Origin: Schmidtea nova
Lineage: Eukaryota
DNA: 64,000 nucleotides
NCBI GenBank assembly: GCA_044892505.1
Contig: CM097882.1
Coordinates: 348,068,001-348,132,000 of the forward strand
Direction of reading: 5' to 3'
This document shows, piece after piece, positions 8,601-16,800 of this stretch (the first letter of the stretch is position 1; every line of letters starts with the position of its first letter). Position numbers and translations under genes: made by a program. A model generated the notes under the pieces. The model did not search any database and was not told the DNA's origin. It was given only the letters and a program-made list of their open reading frames with translations.

Positions 8601-10644
8601 AGGTGTTGGCTTATGCGGATGATATCGCACTTATCGCGACAAATACCTCTGATCTGCAAATACTCATAAACGTTGCTGTAAACACCGCTAAAACAATTGG
8701 ATTTGAATATCGTCCAGAAAAGTGCGCTTATATGCAATTCCCTAAAATAGAAACTGTAAGCGAGATTTCTGTCAACAACGTTCTTATCAAAAAGATTGCA
8801 ACAAATGAATTTTACCAATACTTGGGAGTACCAATAGGTGACAATAATGATCAAAGTCCCTATGAAATTCTAAGCAAAGTAATTGAAGACACAAAGAAAA
8901 TAGCAAATTCTGATCTTTACGGCTGGCAAAAACTTAAAGCGTATAAGGTCTTTCTGCATTCTCGCTTGATTTTTCCATTTAGAACTAGGGAAATCAAAAC
9001 AAGTTCTTTAGCTGATTCGAGTAAAAATTCAAAATTAAATGTAAATAATACGAGTATTTTGAGGAGTCATCTTAGAAAAATATTGCACTTGCCACACTAC
9101 TCTGAGATTAGCTATTTTTATAATTCTACTGAAAACGGCGGTGCAGGCTGCATAGACTTACTTGACGAGTATCATACACAGACAATCGTGTACTTTTTCC
9201 GTTTGTTAACATCAACGTGCGAATATTCGAAAAAGATAAATACTGACTCGCTTTTATTTGTCACAAGTCCGAGACTCGGAATCAAAAATCCAGTTCTTAA
9301 ACAAAGTTTAGAATGGATAAATGGAAAAGAGAGCAAGAAAAACAACAGTGGTTGCAAAACTCGATTTTATCGGTTGCGATCATCCATTGCTTACTTTTCT
9401 AAAGTTCACAACATTAAATTGTTATTTGAAACAGTGAAAGGGAATCCTTCTATCCGTATAACCACTACACTTAAGGGAACACGTATATTATTACCAACAT
9501 TAAGAAAAGCCTTGTCAATGATTTTACATTCAGCTCTCCAGGATTCGTATCTCGAGAAATGGGAGAATAGCAATCATAATAATCTGCTTGTATCTGCGAT
9601 AAAACTCTGTCCACTTGTCAACAAGCTTATTTTCCGCAGTGATTTGACAGAATTTGAATGGAGATTCGTCCATCGAGCAAGAACGAATACATTATCAATA
9701 TTTGCGAAGCCATATAAAACTGGCGAAAATCGTCTTTGTCGTAGATGTAAGCTTGAAGACGAGACTTTATCACACGTTCTTCAAACTTGTAAAATGAACA
9801 AATCTTTGGCAACTAGTCGACATAACGCTTGCTTAGAAAAAATAAAAAGCGAGTTGAAAGATCCAAACTTGTTAGTTGTTGCGGATCATAAATGTTCCCT
9901 AGTACCGACATCAACTGAACGCGTTGATTTAATAATAACCAATAATGATAAAAAGACCATATTATTGGTAGACATGAAATGCCCAATCGATTCGGTGCCC
10001 AACTTTGACTTGGCTGATAAAAAAAACATAGAAAAGTATGATAAACTAAAATCAGAAATTAAAATAGCCAAACCCGATTATAAAGTTGAGTTGTTTACCT
10101 GCATCATAGGCTCATTAGGATCCATTGAAATTAAAACACCTGATCTTTTAGTAAAAATGGGAGTAAAAGAAAATAAAGTAAAACGTCTGATGAAAGAGTG
10201 TGCAATTAGCAATATTGCGCACTCGGCCAAAATTTGGTACTTTCATACCAATGGCTTTCTTCCAGATAATATAAGACAAACTTGTAAATAAATAATTATA
10301 TATATATAAATATTTGCTTTTTAAACTCTGTAAATAAAATTTAAAGTAAATATTTTGTAAAGTAATTTTTGTTTTAAATATCAAATCTTTTTAATCTGAT
10401 AAATTGTCTTTGAGAGTTATTAAATTGGGAGACCAAGTATTCTGCGACGTATGTCACTTATTCTAGACTTATCAACTTCAAAATAATACAGTCGCAAAGC
10501 TGGATGACGAAATCCAAAGAACCAGAAACTTCCATTCAGATTGAACAATTATATTTTGACTGTGATTGTTTAGGCACTAATCCATGTTGATTAGATAATC
10601 TGTAAAAAAAATATGTCAAACTTGTTATATTTAATAAATGTTTA
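3044..10644 (+). mobile_element. RLE non-LTR retrotransposon copy E2 (7601 bp)
   Basis: ORF1 + ORF2 + 353-bp 3' UTR between tRNA nt 9 and nt 19. Confidence 0.96.
5681..10291 (+). CDS. E2 ORF2: Ulp1-like protease(s) - RT - CCHC - RLE (start uncertain; GTG is only the ORF-finder call)
   Basis: HW97-98/D114/QNNSFDCG163 Ulp1 triad; PGLDN, AFGSVPH, QGCP, YADD; CRRC..H..C; RHN; RVD..DMK..KY RLE. Confidence 0.95.
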   Translation: MPASAQSSAIPSNETDAESTTKNNISTIDNRDPEVWFSDNDIDWYLENHIDNPMHGYIKCFIVNIICSNITEDIVEIPPSISNAEIVFCPLNINNSHWILFVYSKKMLSSYFIDPILANRQKPINKQMAQRINLKLNRFFNLNISVSRHPHKHLEYQNNSFDCGPFTCAYAVIISKDLNSFPNGFIEKIRTSVHENQNRMQITESTLFAGTNSKMDMTKINIKKALAKKKVITNTSDMTKVLNTQKPCVSSIISKYYESNSKITVLSAELTLNLIAQNTSFIADNVTFKQFKGIDHVISIIPKFNDWCLFVYSNKLDRSYMFDFNYRNIDERLIEIGEKITEYLNQFTLVSKIKFTPHHRISHPTFHSYDDQYFASSFIVFFEKLVFERILDNDKVYDSLSALKYQSCKDLSPSLSFINGKISDKIIEEYFASLNLSTKYILLNTTMCTALSDDCTEYLKDFVNIECMMKATIIFVIISPPRANDLLMVIDYDADEHYLLSPVTNDLFVMTEGFCYKLLIKINEIRESTGRSLKSRNCRHDVKGSGLFSRLLICAFIKYYAFDRSLENINLHEIGKIIYSLVPLVDKNDNAEEERRLKSKAVNSLKLNLKQRIEKANNLIISLEHASIDEIISGILSNIPRLKDLNTDHIRTPYLGTKIEKARKFKNSTEFLSNMKKTVYRILGNNTESIAPPYQEIIDTFSHPDTLPRNWENILKFTKSSKYSLELNPMTPKEILSSLCKADNTSPGLDNVCYKDLLLLDPECKLLAFLYNKILKLDIIPTSWKSFKTILIPKPDKNGQYHKIYSWRPIALLSVIYKVFASVLANRLSLWIRNNSMLHIGQKGGSEYEGCIEHNSILSAIVEHSKYSKSSPLTIAWLDIKDAFGSVPHDYMWTLLKHINVSDRFVGILKLLYTDTSSFYCCNKMQTPDIPIKKGVKQGCPISMILFAIAINPVLESINLSNVNPFTIGTSPVQVLAYADDIALIATNTSDLQILINVAVNTAKTIGFEYRPEKCAYMQFPKIETVSEISVNNVLIKKIATNEFYQYLGVPIGDNNDQSPYEILSKVIEDTKKIANSDLYGWQKLKAYKVFLHSRLIFPFRTREIKTSSLADSSKNSKLNVNNTSILRSHLRKILHLPHYSEISYFYNSTENGGAGCIDLLDEYHTQTIVYFFRLLTSTCEYSKKINTDSLLFVTSPRLGIKNPVLKQSLEWINGKESKKNNSGCKTRFYRLRSSIAYFSKVHNIKLLFETVKGNPSIRITTTLKGTRILLPTLRKALSMILHSALQDSYLEKWENSNHNNLLVSAIKLCPLVNKLIFRSDLTEFEWRFVHRARTNTLSIFAKPYKTGENRLCRRCKLEDETLSHVLQTCKMNKSLATSRHNACLEKIKSELKDPNLLVVADHKCSLVPTSTERVDLIITNNDKKTILLVDMKCPIDSVPNFDLADKKNIEKYDKLKSEIKIAKPDYKVELFTCIIGSLGSIEIKTPDLLVKMGVKENKVKRLMKECAISNIAHSAKIWYFHTNGFLPDNIRQTCK

Positions 10645-10699
10645 TTATCACGTCTGCTTTACACGCAGAAGGTCCCCGGTTCGATCCCGGGTCGAACCA
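10645..10699 (+). pseudogene. 3' part of tRNA-Val(TAC) interrupted by E2
   Basis: tRNA nt 19-73, loop TT-TAC-AC, followed by spacer A. Confidence 0.95.
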
Positions 10700-10845
10700 A
10701 ATTTTTATTGTAAATTGTTAAATCTTGTTTACTATGTTTCCATTGTTTACTAGTGTTATTTTGTGTGTGTGTGTTTTATTAGTAAATCAGATCAATTTAT
10801 TAAGCTGAAAGTTGGTAACAAACGAAAATTTGAAAATATTTACAG

Positions 10846-10918
10846 GGTTCGATGGTGTAGCGGTTATCACGTCTGCTTCACACGCAGAAGGTCCCCGGTT
10901 CGATCCCGGGTCGAACCA
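10846..10918 (+). tRNA. tRNA-Val: tRNA-Val(CAC)
   Basis: Cloverleaf: acceptor GGTTCGA/TCGAACC, anticodon stem TCTGC/GCAGA, loop TT-CAC-AC, T arm CCCGG-TTCGATC-CCGGG, discriminator A; A and B boxes intact. Confidence 0.97.
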
Positions 10919-10920
10919 TA

Positions 10921-10924
10921 TTTT
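10921..10924 (+). terminator. Pol III oligo(T) terminator, T4 at start of spacer B (representative)
   Basis: A73-TA-TTTT after every gene followed by spacer B. Confidence 0.6.
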
Positions 10925-11167
10925 ATTAATTAGAAACTTCCTAATCTTGATTTTTTCTCAATGGAACACCTTTCTCATATATGTTACAATATTAAAAATG
11001 ATTGAATAATTAGAGAAAAAAGTTAAAATTTCATTTTCATAAATGTAGTGTGTGAAAGCTTTCTATCCTTTTGCAATTTTATGATTATTTTGTGCAGTGT
11101 TGTTTATTTAAATATGTAACTGTTGAAAAAAAGAATATTGGATATGAAAATGGATAAAGTATTGCAA

Positions 11168-11175
11168 GTTCGATG
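11168..11175 (+). pseudogene. 5' stub (nt 2-9) of tRNA-Val interrupted by E3; 49-bp upstream deletion
   Basis: ATTGCAA-GTTCGATG-ACTC; distance to the preceding gene is 49 bp shorter than in other copies. Confidence 0.88.
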
Positions 11176-13806
11176 ACTCAATCACCTGCTGCTCAGTCAA
11201 CTGCTGCTGATGTGATGACTCAGTCTATTGGAAATCAGTCAACTGTGACGAAGAAATATGAATTAGAAAACATTCTCAAGTATCAAATTTCCAGTTTGCA
11301 ATGTTTTCAATCGATTTTGGATTATTTTTCGCAACTAAATGGTGGAAATCTCGCTACTGCCTCAGTTCTTTCTGATGCGAATGCAAGTCAACGGAGTTCT
11401 TTCGATCAAGGATCTAAAATTTCTCAAAACCAATCTGATAATATGCCACTTTCTTATGCTGATATTGAGACTAAATTCACTAAATCAAAGGATTTACTGA
11501 TTGTCAAGCGCCTGGATTCATTGGAGTCTCAATTTATGAATATGGCTGAAAAGTTAGATTATTTGGTTTCTTTTTTTAATGGCTCTGTTGATGATTTATC
11601 AGATTTTCCTAAAGTAAATGAAAATAATTTAAATAATAATCCTTTCAATAAAAATAAAGTTTTTGATATCAAAGATAAATTAATTGTAAATAATGTAGTT
11701 TTAGATAAATCAAATATTTCAGAATTTATTGAAAATAATATTGCTAAAATTCCTAATAGTTTAATTGATGTAAATAATAAAATGTGTAATTCAAATAATA
11801 AATTTCTAAATAACCCTAATAAAGAGAATGTTAAACATTTTAATAATCCCAAAGAAACATCTTCAATTGATTTGACTAACGATAAAATTATGCCAAATGA
11901 AAACATAGAAATAATTATTAAAAATAATAAAAAATCTGTTAAAATTATAGAACCTAATAAAACAACTAAACAGAAGTATGATAAATTTGAATTTAAAAAT
12001 CTGGTTCGTATTTTAACGAAAAGGGAACGCCAGAAAATCTTGAATGCCTTCCCTGCTTTAATACAACTAATTAAAAAGAAAGAATCACAGAGTAAATATT
12101 TTGAAATTAATAAATTTCTTTCGAGCAAAGATTTTAATGTGAATCACTTGAATTTAAATAATTTTGATTATTTTTTCTATAGAAATTGTAATCTTTGTGT
12201 ATCTTTAAAATTGAACAACGCTCCTGTCATTTTATCAGCACCAAAACCTGTTGTTTTAAAAACTATTAAATTAATTGACCATAATATCGTCAAAATAAAT
12301 TCTGAAATCCCTGACTTTGTTCGAGCTCCAATGTCAATTCGAAGATTTTTATTCAATCTTTCGCACGATCTTTCAAACACTGTTTCCATCAAGGATGAGA
12401 AACACAGGGGAAATAAAATAAATAACATTCTTACTTCAATGAAACATAAACAACAATTACCAGATTATTTAATAAAATCAAACATTAAATACGAAAATGG
12501 TGAGTTCTTATTATTAGATTTGACTAACGATAAAATCAAATTGAACGACGATAATAACTTGATAAAATCAAATTTTTCTGAACTTACTAGAAGTCAGATT
12601 AAAAATCTTTACTATTCTTATCCTTCTCTTAAGGAAGTTTGTTTCGTTGAAAATCTTGAAACAAGATCATCATCCGTTAGTAAAATTATCGAATCTTTAA
12701 AGTTAATTAATGAATTTCCAAAAAATATCATTTTTAAAGAGGGTAAATTTTATCAGTCTGATAAAAGAACAATCTCACCTAGTAGTTCTCCTGACATAAT
12801 GTTCAACCTTGGTCTTTTTAATTTGGCTAGTATGAGTAGAAAAGATTGTGAATTAAAATCCATTTTAGAGAAGACTGGTTGTGACTTTAAAATAGTTGAA
12901 ATAATATTCTACCTCAACTATTTAGGCTTGACTCAATCTTTAGAATTTTGCAAAAATCAAACTTATTCTGATTATGTGAGGAATTACGTCTGTAATTGCT
13001 GCTTGATAAACTCACTCTGTAGTATTGCTGATGTTGATTCGCTTTCATCTGAAGATTTTGAGGGTTGGGCGACCGAAATTGTTCAGAAAATCCCAGTTTC
13101 TTCCTATTACTTCAATAGCTGCCAGGAAAAGCTTTTAAAGCTGAAGCAATGGGACATTTCAACTAAAATCAAAAGAATCCATAACGTTATTTCACCTGAA
13201 ATAATATCTTATTTAAATAACTTTCTTGACTCTGTAGACGTAAAATTTCCATCTAAGTCTCAACAACATAATATTCTAATTAAATTAATGAAAGCTATCA
13301 ATGACATTAAAATTTTTGATGACATACACGGAAATAAAGCAAAAAGACTTGTTTACTTTTTGCTAAGAGATGCCAAGAAATATTTGAATAAAAATCAACG
13401 ATTCAGATTATTTGAATCGAGCAATAAATATTGCACTTCAGAGATGGAGAATATAATTTCAGTAATAATTGAGAACCTTACCAAAGTTACTGACCATGAA
13501 GTTACTACTCCTGAAATCACAGTTGAAGAAACGCCAATTGAAATAACTTGTGATCCTGAACCTATCGTCTTGATTAAGGAAATAAACTGTTTAAAATGTA
13601 ACAATATCATCGAAAAATGCATTCTTGTTAGAGATGGAACAAACGTCAACATCTGTGAAAGCTGTCTATTTGACGCAATTACCTCTGAAAAGCCGATTCC
13701 TGAAGCTACTAATTCGGATACCGAAGAAAATATGGAAACAAATAGTAAGAAATCTTGTCCAAGACCTAGAAAAACAGACAAGAAAACATCAACCAAAGCG
13801 AAATGA
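11173..13806 (+). CDS. E3 ORF1 (877 aa)
   Basis: Near-identical to E2 ORF1. Confidence 0.85.
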   Translation: MTQSPAAQSTAADVMTQSIGNQSTVTKKYELENILKYQISSLQCFQSILDYFSQLNGGNLATASVLSDANASQRSSFDQGSKISQNQSDNMPLSYADIETKFTKSKDLLIVKRLDSLESQFMNMAEKLDYLVSFFNGSVDDLSDFPKVNENNLNNNPFNKNKVFDIKDKLIVNNVVLDKSNISEFIENNIAKIPNSLIDVNNKMCNSNNKFLNNPNKENVKHFNNPKETSSIDLTNDKIMPNENIEIIIKNNKKSVKIIEPNKTTKQKYDKFEFKNLVRILTKRERQKILNAFPALIQLIKKKESQSKYFEINKFLSSKDFNVNHLNLNNFDYFFYRNCNLCVSLKLNNAPVILSAPKPVVLKTIKLIDHNIVKINSEIPDFVRAPMSIRRFLFNLSHDLSNTVSIKDEKHRGNKINNILTSMKHKQQLPDYLIKSNIKYENGEFLLLDLTNDKIKLNDDNNLIKSNFSELTRSQIKNLYYSYPSLKEVCFVENLETRSSSVSKIIESLKLINEFPKNIIFKEGKFYQSDKRTISPSSSPDIMFNLGLFNLASMSRKDCELKSILEKTGCDFKIVEIIFYLNYLGLTQSLEFCKNQTYSDYVRNYVCNCCLINSLCSIADVDSLSSEDFEGWATEIVQKIPVSSYYFNSCQEKLLKLKQWDISTKIKRIHNVISPEIISYLNNFLDSVDVKFPSKSQQHNILIKLMKAINDIKIFDDIHGNKAKRLVYFLLRDAKKYLNKNQRFRLFESSNKYCTSEMENIISVIIENLTKVTDHEVTTPEITVEETPIEITCDPEPIVLIKEINCLKCNNIIEKCILVRDGTNVNICESCLFDAITSEKPIPEATNSDTEENMETNSKKSCPRPRKTDKKTSTKAK

Positions 13807-16800
13807 AGATGTGTGCCTGCATCAGCTCAATCGTCTGCCATTCCCTCTAATGAGACTGATGCAGAGAGCACAACTAAAAATAATATTTCAACTATCGACA
13901 ATCGTGATCCTGAAGTGTGGTTTTCTGATAATGATATTGATTGGTATCTTGAAAACCACATTGATAATCCAATGCATGGATATATTAAATGCTTTATAGT
14001 AAATATCATCTGTTCTAACATCACAGAAGATATTGTTGAAATTCCACCATCTATTAGCAATGCTGAAATTGTATTTTGTCCACTCAACATTAACAATTCG
14101 CACTGGATTCTTTTTGTTTATAGTAAGAAAATGTTATCTTCTTACTTTATTGACCCAATCCTTGCAAACAGACAAAAGCCAATCAATAAACAAATGGCTC
14201 AGAGAATTAACCTAAAACTGAATAGATTTTTTAATCTAAATATATCTGTGTCCCGACATCCACACAAACATCTTGAATATCAAAATAACAGCTTTGATTG
14301 TGGCCCATTTACGTGTGCTTATGCTGTGATTATCAGTAAAGATTTGAACAGCTTTCCAAATGGGTTCATAGAGAAAATTCGTACCAGTGTGCATGAAAAT
14401 CAAAATCGTATGCAAATAACCGAATCCACCTTATTCGCTGGTACTAACTCCAAGATGGACATGACCAAAATAAATATCAAGAAAGCCCTTGCAAAAAAGA
14501 AAGTCATCACCAACACCTCAGATATGACCAAAGTATTGAACACTCAAAAACCGTGTGTGTCATCAATAATTAGTAAATATTACGAAAGTAATTCTAAAAT
14601 AACAGTCTTATCTGCCGAACTAACTTTAAACCTAATTGCACAAAATACCTCCTTCATAGCTGATAATGTCACTTTCAAGCAGTTCAAAGGAATCGATCAT
14701 GTTATAAGTATCATTCCTAAATTTAACGATTGGTGTCTCTTTGTCTATTCGAATAAACTTGACAGGAGCTACATGTTCGACTTCAATTATCGAAACATTG
14801 ATGAAAGGCTAATTGAAATTGGTGAAAAGATAACTGAATATCTGAATCAATTCACTCTTGTTTCTAAAATAAAATTCACACCTCATCATAGAATTTCTCA
14901 TCCAACATTTCATTCTTACGATGATCAATATTTTGCAAGTTCTTTTATTGTATTTTTTGAGAAACTTGTCTTTGAAAGAATACTGGACAATGATAAGGTT
15001 TATGACTCATTAAGTGCTCTAAAATATCAGTCTTGTAAAGATCTTTCTCCTAGCCTAAGTTTCATTAATGGTAAAATATCCGACAAAATTATTGAGGAAT
15101 ATTTTGCTAGCCTAAACTTATCGACCAAATATATTCTTCTAAACACAACAATGTGTACTGCGCTTTCAGATGATTGCACTGAATACTTGAAAGACTTTGT
15201 AAACATTGAGTGCATGATGAAGGCTACTATAATCTTTGTAATCATTTCTCCTCCAAGAGCCAACGACTTGCTCATGGTTATTGATTACGACGCTGATGAG
15301 CACTATTTATTAAGCCCAGTCACTAATGACTTGTTCGTTATGACTGAAGGATTCTGCTATAAATTACTAATTAAAATTAATGAGATTAGAGAGAGCACAG
15401 GACGTTCCTTGAAATCGCGTAATTGTCGACATGACGTTAAAGGTTCTGGCTTATTTAGTAGGTTATTAATCTGTGCCTTTATTAAATATTATGCATTTGA
15501 CCGATCTCTAGAAAATATCAATCTTCATGAAATTGGCAAAATTATCTACTCACTTGTGCCATTAGTTGATAAAAATGATAATGCTGAGGAAGAAAGACGA
15601 CTAAAATCAAAAGCTGTAAACTCTTTAAAACTAAATTTAAAACAGCGAATAGAAAAAGCCAATAATCTTATAATTTCACTTGAACACGCCAGTATTGATG
15701 AAATCATAAGTGGCATTCTTTCAAATATTCCTCGTCTTAAAGATTTGAACACCGATCACATTCGTACACCATATTTAGGTACTAAAATAGAAAAAGCTAG
15801 AAAATTCAAAAATTCCACTGAATTTCTGTCAAACATGAAAAAGACTGTGTATAGGATTTTGGGTAATAACACAGAATCAATTGCACCTCCTTTTCAGGAA
15901 ATTATTGACACTTTCAGTCATCCTGATACATTACCTAGAAATTGGGAAAACATCTTAAAATTTACAAAAACTTCTAAAACTAGTCTTGAATTAAATCCAA
16001 TGACACCTAAAGAAATCATGTCAAGTCTTGGCAAAGCTGACAACACTTCTCCAGGTCTTGATAATGTCTGTTATAAAGATCTTTTGCTATTAGACCCTGA
16101 ATGTAAATTGTTAACTTTTCTATACAATAAAATCCTAAAATTAGATATTATTCCCACAAGTTGGAAATCATTTAAAACCATACTGATTCCAAAACCAGAT
16201 AAAAATGGCCAATATCATAAAATATCTTCTTGGCGACCAATTGCCTTATTATCTGTCATTTACAAAGTCTTCGCTTCAGTTTTGGCAAATCGTCTAAGCT
16301 TATGGATAAGAAATAATTCCATGTTACACATTGGCCAAAAGGGTGGTTCGGAGTACGAAGGATGTATTGAACACAACTCTATTCTTTCTGCTATCGTCGA
16401 ACATTCAAAATACAGCAAGTCTTTACCTTTAACGATAGCTTGGCTAGACATCAAAGATGCCTTAGGAAGTGTTCCACATGACTACATGTGGACACTGTTA
16501 AAACACATAAATGTTAGTGATAGGTTTGTAGGAATTTTAAAACTGCTCTATACTGATACAAGCTCGTTTTATTGTTGCAATAAAATGCAAACACCGGATA
16601 TTCCAATAAAGAAAGGAGTTAAACAAGGTTGTCCGATCTCAATGATATTGTTTGCAATAGCTATTAACCCAGTACTTGAGTCTATTAATCTATCAAACGT
16701 TAATCCTTTTACGATTGGAACATCTCCGGTACAGGTGTTGGCTTATGCGGATGATATCGCACTTATCGCGACAAATACCTCTGATCTGCAAATACTCATA

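Noticed and set aside
3044-10644. Pol III read-through as the source of full-length element RNA
   Set aside because: The A box is destroyed and the element contains many runs of four or more T that would terminate Pol III.
3044-10644. LTR retrotransposon, group II intron or DNA transposon
   Set aside because: No LTRs, TIRs, integrase, RNase H or domain V. RT motifs plus CCHC and C-terminal RLE indicate a non-LTR element.
10812-11009. Recurrent 65-aa ORF MVTNENLKIF...
   Set aside because: TTG start, runs through the tRNA gene and AT-rich spacer; it recurs only because the DNA is repeated.
11559-12128. Antisense ORFs (60-189 aa) inside ORF1/ORF2
   Set aside because: Shadows of AT-rich sense codons; lengths vary between copies and no motifs are present.
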